The notes under the pieces: model-generated
What the model was told of the DNA's origin: nothing
The model's input: only the letters and a program-made list of their open reading frames with translations
The model's database searches: none
Made by a program: the position numbers and the translations under genes
Shown: positions 37,135-46,491 of the stretch, in pieces
Position numbering within the stretch: position 1 is the first letter of the stretch
How the letters are laid out: each line of letters starts with the position of its first letter
DNA from: Omnitrophica WOR_2 bacterium RIFOXYA2_FULL_38_17
Lineage (GTDB): Bacteria > Omnitrophota > Gorgyraeia > Zapsychrales > Zapsychraceae
Assembly: GCA_001805965.1 (NCBI GenBank)
Contig: MHHG01000072.1
Location: forward strand, 429 to 64,428
Direction of reading: 5' to 3'
DNA length: 64,000 nt

Positions 37135-39204
37135 ATGAGAATGACCATTGGCAAAAAATTATGGATCAGTTTTGGGATACTTATATCCTTGATGCTTATA
37201 ATGTCAGCGATATCTTTTTATTCAATTCAGAACATTAAAGATGTCATGGAGATAGAAGTAGAGAAAATTTTTAAAGATGTTTCAAGCTCGGCTGACAGAA
37301 CTTTTTCTTTAAATCGTGACCTAGATGGTTCTGATGAACAAATTAATAGAAATATTGAGGAGATTTCTAATCTGCTCCAGAAAAAAATTGACTTGATTGT
37401 TAAAAAAGGAATGTTAGATACAAATGATAATATAGTTAAGTCAAGTCGTGTTGCTAAAATAGCTGTAGTTCTCATGGGTGTGCTGAGCGTAGTTTTAGGA
37501 TTGGGTTTATTGACAATAATAGACAGAATGGTATCTGTTCCGATATCAAAGTTGAACCATGCAACTGATGAATTAAGTAAGGGCAATTTGAGCATCAATA
37601 TTGATATTGACACTAAAGATGAAATTGGTGATTTAGCAGCTTCGTTTAATCAGATGACAAAGAACCTGCGCAATACGATTTATTCTAGGGATTGTGAGAT
37701 CACTGAACGTGAGTGGGCTGAAGAAAAAGTCAGGGAGTCAAAGGAAGAGCTTGATGTTGTTATTAGGAATATTAACGATATTGTTTTCCAGCTCACACCT
37801 TTAGGCTTTTACAGGTATATTAATCCGCGCTCAAAAAAGATCTTGGGGTATGACCCGGGTGAGTTGATCGGTAAACACATAAAAGTTACAACACCATTAA
37901 ATGATATTACAAAAGTTTCTGATGCTTTGATGCGGGTTCTTAAGGGAAGAGAGGTTTTTGGCTTAGAAATAAGACAGAAGCATAAAGAGGGAGAAGTCCT
38001 TTTTGTTGAGATTAACGCTGTTCCAATAAAAAAAGATGGTAAGGTCATTGCTATACAAGGGATAATGAGGGATGTAACTGACAGGAAAAAGGCTGAAGAG
38101 GTTGCTTTTCAAATGTTTGATGTTGCCGCAGATGGTATGAGGCTTATTGATAAGGATTTTAATATGTTGAGGGTTAATGACACTTTTCTTCATATGTCGG
38201 GTGTTAGCAAGGATAAGATAGAGAATGTGAAATGCTATGATTATTTTCAATGTGAATTTTGTGAAACAGAGCAATGCCCGATGTTTCAAATGTCCAGAAA
38301 AAAGAGAAGAATAGAATTGGAAGTTGTTTGCATGAAAGCGGACGGTAATGGTATTCCATGTATTTTAACAGCCACTCCTTTTATGAATGCTAGCGGTGAG
38401 TTTGTTGGTATTATTGAAGACTTTAAGGATATATCCGAGTATAAAAAGGCTGAAGAAAAGAGACTGGGGCTTGAATCTCAGTTAAGACAATCACAAAAAT
38501 TAGAGTCAATTGGTACCATGGCCAATGGAATTGCCCATAGTTTGAATAATATTATTGGAGCTATTCGAGGTTATGCTGATATGGCTATGGAAAATCAGCC
38601 CAAAGATACAAAAATAAGAAATTATATTGAACACATTATTAAAGGGACTAAAGACGCAAAAGAACTCTCAAGTCAGATGCTTATCTTTAGCAGGAAAGAA
38701 ATAACGGATCTAAGAGAAGTGCAGCTTCAACATTACATTGAAGAAGCAGTTAATTTTGTTGAAGCAGCTATGACATCTCCTGTTAAAGTTGTTAGAAATA
38801 TTAATGAAAAATGTGGAAGTGTTTTAGCTGATCCTAATCAAATCCAGCAGGTTGTTATGAATCTTTGTATGAATGCGTATCAAGCAATGAGTGAAAAGGG
38901 CGGCGGGGTTCTTGAGATCGTTTATGATGAGTTTAGAATAGATCAAGAGTTTGCTGAAAAATATGCAAATTTATATGAGGGAAAGTATGCAAAATTATCG
39001 ATAATTGATACAGGAAGCGGTATTGATGAAATGACTATGGTGAGGATGTTTGAGCCATTTTTTACGACTAAAAAAGTTGGAGAGGGAAGTGGCTTGGGTC
39101 TTTCTGTTGTTCATGGTATAGTTAGAGAACATAATGGAGAGATTATTGTAAATAGTGAAAAAGACAAGGGCACATGTTTTGATGTTTATCTGCCGTTGGC
39201 ATAA
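37135..39204 (+). CDS. sensor histidine kinase (TM, HAMP, tandem PAS, HisKA, HATPase_c)
   Basis: HAMP (IGDLAASFNQMTKNL). PAS segments (one Cys-rich: CYDYFQCEFCETEQCPMF). H-box NGIAHSLNNII, G1 DTGSGI, G2 GSGLGLS. Paralogous to the 33596..35479 kinase. Confidence 0.85.
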   Translation: MRMTIGKKLWISFGILISLMLIMSAISFYSIQNIKDVMEIEVEKIFKDVSSSADRTFSLNRDLDGSDEQINRNIEEISNLLQKKIDLIVKKGMLDTNDNIVKSSRVAKIAVVLMGVLSVVLGLGLLTIIDRMVSVPISKLNHATDELSKGNLSINIDIDTKDEIGDLAASFNQMTKNLRNTIYSRDCEITEREWAEEKVRESKEELDVVIRNINDIVFQLTPLGFYRYINPRSKKILGYDPGELIGKHIKVTTPLNDITKVSDALMRVLKGREVFGLEIRQKHKEGEVLFVEINAVPIKKDGKVIAIQGIMRDVTDRKKAEEVAFQMFDVAADGMRLIDKDFNMLRVNDTFLHMSGVSKDKIENVKCYDYFQCEFCETEQCPMFQMSRKKRRIELEVVCMKADGNGIPCILTATPFMNASGEFVGIIEDFKDISEYKKAEEKRLGLESQLRQSQKLESIGTMANGIAHSLNNIIGAIRGYADMAMENQPKDTKIRNYIEHIIKGTKDAKELSSQMLIFSRKEITDLREVQLQHYIEEAVNFVEAAMTSPVKVVRNINEKCGSVLADPNQIQQVVMNLCMNAYQAMSEKGGGVLEIVYDEFRIDQEFAEKYANLYEGKYAKLSIIDTGSGIDEMTMVRMFEPFFTTKKVGEGSGLGLSVVHGIVREHNGEIIVNSEKDKGTCFDVYLPLA

Positions 39205-39233
39205 ATTGGACTTAATATAAAAGGGGGTGTTTT

Positions 39234-39611
39234 ATGGCGAGAATTCTTGTAATTGACGATCATGATGAGTTTCAGAGCATGCTATGTGAGCTGCTCAGAA
39301 AAGCTGGTCATGAAGTAACAGGTGCATCTGATGGGAACGAGGGAATATTGTTGGGTAAAAAATTGAATTTGGATTTAGTCATTACTGATATCATTATGCC
39401 CAATAAAGAGGGAATGGAAACAATTATAGAATTTAAGAAGTTGCTTCCGAATTTGCCAATTATTGCTATCTCCGGAGGAGGCAGAGGGGATCCTCAGAAT
39501 TATTTAAAGGGGACAAGGCTGTTGTCTAATGTGAAGTACACTTTTGCAAAACCATTAGAGACAGATAAATTGTTGCAGGCAATAGATGATTTGGTCGGAA
39601 AAGAATTATGA
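39234..39611 (+). CDS. stand-alone response-regulator receiver (paralog of 33175..33552)
   Basis: MARILVIDDHDEF...LDLVITDIIMPNKEGMETI...AISGGGRGDPQNYLKGTRLLSNVKYTFAKP. About 55-60% identical to the other REC, including the unusual ISGGGRG(N/D) loop. Confidence 0.85.
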   Translation: MARILVIDDHDEFQSMLCELLRKAGHEVTGASDGNEGILLGKKLNLDLVITDIIMPNKEGMETIIEFKKLLPNLPIIAISGGGRGDPQNYLKGTRLLSNVKYTFAKPLETDKLLQAIDDLVGKEL

Positions 39612-39786
39612 CCTTATTTTTCAGGTAGTGTTTTCTGCTTTTGCATTGCAATAAAATGAATGTTGACTTATATTATTTGTTAATCATTCAGCTTTTGATA
39701 AAAGTTATTAATCCTATTCGTTTTTATTTTAATATTCTGGCAAAGAATTTTTGTATAAAATAATAATGGCTACTTGAGATTAAGTT

Positions 39787-41679
39787 ATGGATTTTAAAGG
39801 TTTATTAAAAGAACAGATAGCGAAGCGTTTTGGGTTAAAAGATAATATTCCTGACAAATTAATGCCTTTTATTGAAGAGGTTGATAGCTTGTATGGGCAG
39901 ATGGCGAAGGAGCATACAGGTAAAGATGCGCAGATCCAAGAATTAAACAAAGAGATAGAAGCTTTGAAGCTGCAATTAGAAAGATATACGATTTCTTCGC
40001 TTGGATCCGAAGAAGGTTTATGGGATTGGAATTTTGACACTAATGAGATTTATTATTCAAAGAACTGGAAGAAGATCATTGGCTATGAAGATGATGATAT
40101 CACGGGGACGCCTGATGAATGGTTCGCAAAGATACATCTTAATGATGTTGATCGGGTAAAAAAAGTTTTTTCAGTTAATAAGAAAAATCCAAATTCTACA
40201 GTCAGCACCACTTATCAAATCCTGCATTCTGATGGAGAATATCGTTGGGTTACAACAAAAGGAACCTTCCTTGATAATAAGGATGGAAGAATCAACAGGA
40301 TCGTTGGATCCCATAAGGATATTACGCTTCAGAAAGTAGCGGAGCATCAATTGCTTCATGATGCGCTTCACGACAATCTTACCGGCTTAGCTAATAGAGC
40401 TTTATTTTTTGATAGATTGACTTTTTTCATTGAACGTGCAAAGAGAGTAAAAGACTATAAATATGCAGTTGTATTTATGGATTTGGATAGATTCAAGGTC
40501 ATTAATGATAGTTTAGGCCATTTATTTGGAGATCAACTGCTTATTCAAATAGCCGAGATTTTGAAAAAGAATATGAGAGGTAACGACACAATTGCTCGAT
40601 TAGGAGGAGATGAGTTTACTATCCTTTTAGATAATGTTGAGGATATTGGAGATGCAATACGGTTTTCAAAACGTATTCAAAGAGAGATAACAACATCATT
40701 TAATATTAAAGGCCATGATGTTTTTGTGACAGCAAGTATTGGCATTGCAATAAGTACGCCAGAAATAAAGAGGCCGGAAGAGATATTGAGAAATGCAGAT
40801 ATATCAATGTATCAAGCAAAAGCAAAGGGAAGATCCAGGCACGAAGTATATCGACCCGAAATGCATACGACGGCCTTAAATCTCTTTTATCTGGAAAAAG
40901 ATTTAAGAAATGCAATTGACAATAAAGAATTTGAACTATATTTTCAGCCGATCATTTCGTCAGAAAGTGGAAAAATTGTACGATTGGAATCATTGATCAG
41001 ATGGAATCATCCTGAAAGAGGGCTTGTTAATCCATTGTCATTTATACCGCTGGCTGAGGAAACGGGTATGATTATAGATATTGGCGAGTGGGTGTTGAAA
41101 CAATCTTGTGTCGAGAGCAAGAAGTGGCAGGATTTATTTAATATTGATATTGGGGTTTCTGTCAATTTTTCTGCAAGACAGTTTCAATTTCAGAATATTG
41201 CTAAATTGATCCAAAAAGTATCAAAAGATACAAATATTAATCTTCATAATTTGGAGATAGAGATCACTGAAACAACGGCAATGAAGAATATTGATTATAG
41301 CGTTAAAGTTCTAAATGAGTTGAAGTTATTGGGTCTAAAAATTTCAATTGATGATTTCGGGATCGGATATTCTTCTTTAAGCTGTATAAATATTTTGCCG
41401 ATAGATTCAATTAAGATTGATCGTACGTTCACAAGGAATATTGGAGGTGACACAAAGAACGTAATAATTGTAGAGAATCTTATATCAATGGCCCATAATC
41501 TTAATTTAAAGGTTGTGGCAGAAGGAGTAGAAACTCCGGAACAGCTTCAATTCTTAATGGAAAAGAAGTGCGATGAATTGCAGGGATACTTGTTTAGTAA
41601 GCCATTGTCGCGTGAAAAGATGTATGAATTTATTGAAAAACAAAACAATGGATATGATCTCAAGGCTTACTATAAATAG
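39787..41679 (+). CDS. PAS-GGDEF-EAL protein (c-di-GMP cyclase/phosphodiesterase)
   Basis: N-terminal coiled coil plus PAS/PAC (WDWNFDTNEIYYS...YRWV). GGDEF active site RLGGDEFTIL. EAL domain with LESLIRWNHP (EAL signature position), DDFGIGYSSL, KID. Confidence 0.85.
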   Translation: MDFKGLLKEQIAKRFGLKDNIPDKLMPFIEEVDSLYGQMAKEHTGKDAQIQELNKEIEALKLQLERYTISSLGSEEGLWDWNFDTNEIYYSKNWKKIIGYEDDDITGTPDEWFAKIHLNDVDRVKKVFSVNKKNPNSTVSTTYQILHSDGEYRWVTTKGTFLDNKDGRINRIVGSHKDITLQKVAEHQLLHDALHDNLTGLANRALFFDRLTFFIERAKRVKDYKYAVVFMDLDRFKVINDSLGHLFGDQLLIQIAEILKKNMRGNDTIARLGGDEFTILLDNVEDIGDAIRFSKRIQREITTSFNIKGHDVFVTASIGIAISTPEIKRPEEILRNADISMYQAKAKGRSRHEVYRPEMHTTALNLFYLEKDLRNAIDNKEFELYFQPIISSESGKIVRLESLIRWNHPERGLVNPLSFIPLAEETGMIIDIGEWVLKQSCVESKKWQDLFNIDIGVSVNFSARQFQFQNIAKLIQKVSKDTNINLHNLEIEITETTAMKNIDYSVKVLNELKLLGLKISIDDFGIGYSSLSCINILPIDSIKIDRTFTRNIGGDTKNVIIVENLISMAHNLNLKVVAEGVETPEQLQFLMEKKCDELQGYLFSKPLSREKMYEFIEKQNNGYDLKAYYK

Positions 41680-41787
41680 TCTTAAAATCTCATATGAAAG
41701 TATTTCTTTTAATTAAGATGGTTTTTTCTTGAGAGATAATTGTACGTGGATCAATTCTTTGCGAAGAAAGCGGAAATTGAAAAAGAT

Positions 41788-42180
41788 TTAAGTGTTGTCG
41801 GTTCTTTCCTCTATAGCTCTTTCAACAACTCCTAAAACCTCTCCATTGTCAAATGGTTTGTACAGATAGTATACGTGTCCGCCAGATGCGACAAAATTCT
41901 TTTCGGTGTCTCTGATAGAATCATCTAATGACCCAGTCATTAAAACGAGGATCGCTCCTGTCCCAAATTTGGCAATCTCTTTACAGGTTTCAACTCCATT
42001 TAGCCCTGGCATAACGTAATCAATAAGGACAACATCATATTTGTTTTCTTGAGCAAGTTGTATCGCTTCCTTGCCTGATTCAACGCAGGTCACTTCATAA
42101 TCGGCCTCTTCAAGTTCTTTCTTGATAACTCTAAGAATAATTGTACAATCATCAACGATTAATATTTTTCCTTTGTTCAT
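41788..42180 (-). CDS. stand-alone response-regulator receiver (131 aa; ORF-track start at 42276 probably too long)
   Basis: AGGGGAAAAAA RBS precedes the internal ATG at 42180 (MNKGKILIVDDCTIILRVI...). D-D pair, LIDYVMPGLNG, TG...KP motifs. Confidence 0.75.
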   Translation of the reverse strand: MNKGKILIVDDCTIILRVIKKELEEADYEVTCVESGKEAIQLAQENKYDVVLIDYVMPGLNGVETCKEIAKFGTGAILVLMTGSLDDSIRDTEKNFVASGGHVYYLYKPFDNGEVLGVVERAIEERTDNT

Positions 42181-42333
42181 TTTTTTCCCCTGTTCATCAT
42201 ATTTGTTCTTTAAAAGCTGTTTTTTACTCAAATAAATATTTATAAAACTGTTAGCGAGTATTAACTTGTTTGACAATCTAAATATAATCTTAACACATCA
42301 TTAAATTTAATGCTATTGCATTAATGATAAAAT

Positions 42334-43869
42334 TTATATTGTTTGCTCAAAGGTCTCAGTTGCTAAAATCGGAAAGGCTATAATAAATTTTGTCCCGAAG
42401 CCGACTTCGCTTTCAATGAAAATTTTGCCGTTATGCTTATCAATAATGCCATTAGAAACTGCAAGGCCAAGGCCAGTGCCTCTTCCGATCTCTTTTGTTG
42501 TAAAGAAAGGGTCGAATATTTTGACCAGATGCTCTTTCTTTATGCCACTGCCCGTATCTGCAATTTCAAGCAGAACATTTTTTCCGCTGGAAGATACTTT
42601 TGTGGTGATTGTGATCTCTCCGCCATCAGGCATCGCATCTTTAGCATTCGAGATCAAATTGACCACTACCTGCTGAATCTTTCCTTTATCGCCATTGATA
42701 AATGGTAGAAATGGGTCAAGGTATTTATTAACTTTGATTTTGGCTTTTATCAATTGGTATAAAATAAAGTTCAAAGACGAGTCTACGGCATCATTTATAT
42801 TTAGTTTTGTTAGTTTTAACTTTGAGTCGCGCGAGAAGCTTAAGAGATCAGTTACAATCGCTGCTATATGTTCACAGGCAGATATCATATCAAGATAATC
42901 AAGGTAATCTTCTGACTCCTTATTAAGCTTCTTCTTTCTTAGCCTAAGGAGCGTTAGGACACCGGCTAATGGATTATTGATCTCATGGGCAACCCCGGAG
43001 GCCAGCATTCCAAGGCTGGATAGCTTTTCCGATTGTATTAATTTGTTTTGGGTTTTCTTGATTTCCATTGCCATTTTTCGAAAAGAATCTGCAAGGTCGC
43101 CAATTTCGTCGGATCTGTTGATAGGGATTTCAACATCGTATTCACCAGCTCCAATTTTTGCAGTTAATTTTGATAGTCTTGCTATTGGTTCGGCAAGTCT
43201 TTTTCCAATCAAAAAAGCTAAGATCACTCCTAAAAGAGCAGAAGAAAGGGCTACTATGTGTATAGTGACAACATTATGGCTCAAGCCTATTTTTCTAAAA
43301 AAGGTGTGGTCCTCTTTTATCGAGGAGATGTCTTTTCTCATTTTTTCCAAAGAAAAGCCTACTCGGATACCTCCAATAATTTTATTGTCATAAAAAATAG
43401 GGTTTGAAGCATCTATTATTTCGTTCGAGTACTGTATCAGCATTTTGTTTGATTCAATAGCGTTTCTGCTTATTCTATCCGCAAGGACATTTCCTTTTAA
43501 AAAAGCATCATTTTTGTACCCGCTTTCAATTATCTTTCCCTTATTGTCATAAATGTAAGAATATTCTATTTCGGGAAAGGCCGAAGTTGATTCTAAAATA
43601 GAGCGCATTTCCTCAAAGTCGGAATTATAAAGAGGATTTTTCAATGCGATCCCTAAATAAGTAACAAGCATTTGAGCTTTTTGTTTAACTTGGTATAAAT
43701 ACTTTTCTTCAAAAGAACGTGCACTAGTTTCCTTTATTTGATTTAAAGTGGTATTAAATTGAAGAAAAGATGTGTAGGATAAGACACTGACAGTGGAGAA
43801 TGTAACTGCAATAATAGTTAATGCATATCGGCTACCCAGAGGGATTTTAAAAAGCTTTTTTTGAGCCAT
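42334..43869 (-). CDS. sensor histidine kinase with periplasmic Cache-like domain, HAMP, HisKA, HATPase_c
   Basis: TM1 (YALTIIAVTFSTVSVLSY), ~200-aa periplasmic domain, TM2, HAMP (IGDLADSFRKMAMEI). H-box SGVAHEINNPL, N box NLISNAKDA, G1 DTGSGI, G2 GTGLGLA. Start placed at Met 43869 (MAQKKLFK...). Confidence 0.8.
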   Translation of the reverse strand: MAQKKLFKIPLGSRYALTIIAVTFSTVSVLSYTSFLQFNTTLNQIKETSARSFEEKYLYQVKQKAQMLVTYLGIALKNPLYNSDFEEMRSILESTSAFPEIEYSYIYDNKGKIIESGYKNDAFLKGNVLADRISRNAIESNKMLIQYSNEIIDASNPIFYDNKIIGGIRVGFSLEKMRKDISSIKEDHTFFRKIGLSHNVVTIHIVALSSALLGVILAFLIGKRLAEPIARLSKLTAKIGAGEYDVEIPINRSDEIGDLADSFRKMAMEIKKTQNKLIQSEKLSSLGMLASGVAHEINNPLAGVLTLLRLRKKKLNKESEDYLDYLDMISACEHIAAIVTDLLSFSRDSKLKLTKLNINDAVDSSLNFILYQLIKAKIKVNKYLDPFLPFINGDKGKIQQVVVNLISNAKDAMPDGGEITITTKVSSSGKNVLLEIADTGSGIKKEHLVKIFDPFFTTKEIGRGTGLGLAVSNGIIDKHNGKIFIESEVGFGTKFIIAFPILATETFEQTI

Positions 43870-44140
43870 GAGTTCTATATAGTTTATAACATTAGTTAAT
43901 AATATTTTTATATGCACTCATATTGTTACATTTAATAACCAAAATTTGCAAGTAAAGAATTTACTTTATTGCAAGTAGTGTGCTTATGGCAAGGTTGTTA
44001 TTTGTGATAAAATTGTTGTTGATAGAATATTGCATGATATATATAATGTTTCTATGTTATTGCTGTGTAAAGACATAAAAATTTAATTGGCGATCCTTGG
44101 GAAGGATTGCCTTTTTTTATTTGAGAGGAGATAAAAGATA

Positions 44141-46291
44141 ATGTTCAATTTAAAAAAGTTTTTTCAGTTATTGTTGATCATTTTTTTGATGGCTGCAGCA
44201 CCAAAGGATTTATTTGCAGGTTCAATTAAAGGAAAGTTGCAGGAGAGGCTTAATGAAGAAAGCAATATACAATATGAGCCATATTATATGGACAGTAATG
44301 CGTCTAGACAGCAAAGAGCTGAAATGCCGATGACTAATGCTGTTGCAGCAAGAAATAGGGTGGATCAAAGTGCTCAGGTCATGAATATGGTTGCTGAAGA
44401 ATTAATAGCTCCTAATGATCCATATCAGCCTGTCTTATCACCATTTGCTATTTACAACATGAATTACACGGCAGAACTTGATGAAAATGTTGTTACAGTT
44501 AAAGGAAAAGTGATCTTTGAGATTTTCAAGAAAGAAGGATGGACCCAATTGCCTATTGTTAATAATAGTGTAGGCTTGATCGATGTTAGGGTGAATAAAG
44601 GTAAATCATTTGTAGTTAATCAGAATGGTCAATACTATCTTATGATAGACAAGCCGGGTCGATATAATTTAGATGTTGAATATTTAATTAAAGCAAAACG
44701 TGAAAGGGAATTCGGACCGGGCAATTTTATAGTAGATGTAATGCCAGCCCCAATCTCACAATTTGAATTCATTATACCAGAGCAAAATGTTCAGGTATTC
44801 ATAGAGCCGGCAATTAAAGTTGAGCTATCAAAAGAGGCAGACAAGACCATAGCTTGGGCGGTTATGCCTAATACCAGCACGATCTCTGTCAGATGGACAA
44901 AGGCGTTGACAAGGGAAGAAATCGTTCCCATAAAATTAGAGCCAAAGGCCTATGTTACGACGTCTACTAATTCTTCTGTTGGCGGTGGCGTAATAAGCAG
45001 CCAGTCAATTTTGAACTATTCTATTTTACAGTCTGAGATATCTTCATTTAGAGTAGCTTTGGCTGAAGATGTTAGCGTGCTTGATGTCAGATGCAATGAC
45101 CTGCGTGATTGGAAAATAGTTAAGAAAGATGGCATGCAGGTCCTCGAAGTATTCTTGAATTTTGGGATAAAGGGAAACGTGCAATTAACTATTACATATG
45201 AAAGAGCAATAGGGGAAGGCTCTCAAATTGTTCAAATGCCCTGGGTGAGAGCTTTGGATGTTGAACGTGAAAATGGTTTCTATGGAGTCGCCGCAAGTAC
45301 TAATGTTGAGTTGGCCGTAAAAAGTTCAGACAAGGTTACAGAGATAGATACCAAACAGCTTCCAGCAGAAATCTGGAGAAGTTCAGCCAATCCTATATTA
45401 TTGGCATTTAAATATCTCAATCACCCTTTTGATATTAATATTGAAGTTACCCGCCATGAAGAGTTGCCTGTTCTTATTGCGGCAATAGATTCAGCTGATC
45501 ATGTTACTTTGTATACAAATGAAGGGAAGATCCTTACAAAAGTGACTTATTTGGTAAGAAATAATGTAAAACAGTTCTTAAGAATAAATCTTCCAAAAGA
45601 TGCTGTTATCTGGAGTGCTTTTGTTTCAGGTGAGCCGGTGAAACCTGCCAAAGATAAAAGCGGCCACATTATGATACCATTAAAGAAGTCTCAGCAAAGC
45701 GGGCAGAACCTGACACAGGTCCCGGTTCAGATCGTTTATCTGGATAAGAGCCCTAAAATGGGGATGTTCGGTAAGTTAAAGATCCAATTACCAAAAGTTG
45801 ATGTTCCTATCAATCAATTTAACTGGTCTATCTTTATGCCTGATGAATATTCTTATTTTAATTTTGACGGGGATATTAAGAAGGTTGAAAATGTTTATAG
45901 AAGGCAAAGAAGAAGTAATATTCCAATTGTGGGAGAGTATCTTGCAAGAGGTGTTCAGGGGCGTATGAGATCTTCTGCAGACCAGATCGGTGATCAATTC
46001 TCGCCAATGCAACAAAGGATGGAAATTCAAAGAGAATTTGAAGATATATCCACAAATGTGGCCAAAGGAATATTGCCAATTCAAATTGATGTGCCTCAAG
46101 AAGGAAAGCTTTTGCAGTTTTCAAAGCTTCTTGTTGTTGAAGGTGAGAGCCCTTGGATGAGCGCTAGCTATACAGCAGTCATTGAAAAGGCAAAAAAACC
46201 GATTAAGGTGATCATCTGGGGATTGGCTGTTCTGTTATCGTTTTTAGTTATTAAAAAACACGGTAAGAAAAAGAAGGAAAAAGTTAATTAG
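44141..46291 (+). CDS. hypothetical secreted protein with C-terminal TM anchor and Lys-rich tail (716 aa)
   Basis: RBS GAGAGGAG. Signal peptide MFNLKKFFQLLLIIFLMAAAPKDLFA. Long beta-rich body. C-terminal IKVIIWGLAVLLSFLVIKKHGKKKKEKVN is a tail anchor plus basic stop-transfer. Directly upstream of the 911-aa modular paralog. Confidence 0.5.
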   Translation: MFNLKKFFQLLLIIFLMAAAPKDLFAGSIKGKLQERLNEESNIQYEPYYMDSNASRQQRAEMPMTNAVAARNRVDQSAQVMNMVAEELIAPNDPYQPVLSPFAIYNMNYTAELDENVVTVKGKVIFEIFKKEGWTQLPIVNNSVGLIDVRVNKGKSFVVNQNGQYYLMIDKPGRYNLDVEYLIKAKREREFGPGNFIVDVMPAPISQFEFIIPEQNVQVFIEPAIKVELSKEADKTIAWAVMPNTSTISVRWTKALTREEIVPIKLEPKAYVTTSTNSSVGGGVISSQSILNYSILQSEISSFRVALAEDVSVLDVRCNDLRDWKIVKKDGMQVLEVFLNFGIKGNVQLTITYERAIGEGSQIVQMPWVRALDVERENGFYGVAASTNVELAVKSSDKVTEIDTKQLPAEIWRSSANPILLAFKYLNHPFDINIEVTRHEELPVLIAAIDSADHVTLYTNEGKILTKVTYLVRNNVKQFLRINLPKDAVIWSAFVSGEPVKPAKDKSGHIMIPLKKSQQSGQNLTQVPVQIVYLDKSPKMGMFGKLKIQLPKVDVPINQFNWSIFMPDEYSYFNFDGDIKKVENVYRRQRRSNIPIVGEYLARGVQGRMRSSADQIGDQFSPMQQRMEIQREFEDISTNVAKGILPIQIDVPQEGKLLQFSKLLVVEGESPWMSASYTAVIEKAKKPIKVIIWGLAVLLSFLVIKKHGKKKKEKVN

Positions 46292-46491
46292 TAAGCAATA
46301 TATATTAATGACAAGAAGCCAGGAAGTCTTATAAGTTATTGGTAATAAATGGTTTATCGATAACAATGGGGTTCCTGGTTTTTTATTATTACTATTCTTA
46401 ATCTTATTTAGAGGCTTTACTTGTTATTATTTGTTTAGTATTTTATACTTAAATAGATCTTTCTAATACTAATAAACTTATTGAGATTTTT

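Noticed and set aside
39630-39660. Near-palindrome TTGCATTGCAA upstream of the GGDEF-EAL gene as an operator
   Set aside because: Imperfect and short. Could be chance in AT-rich DNA. No second half-site.
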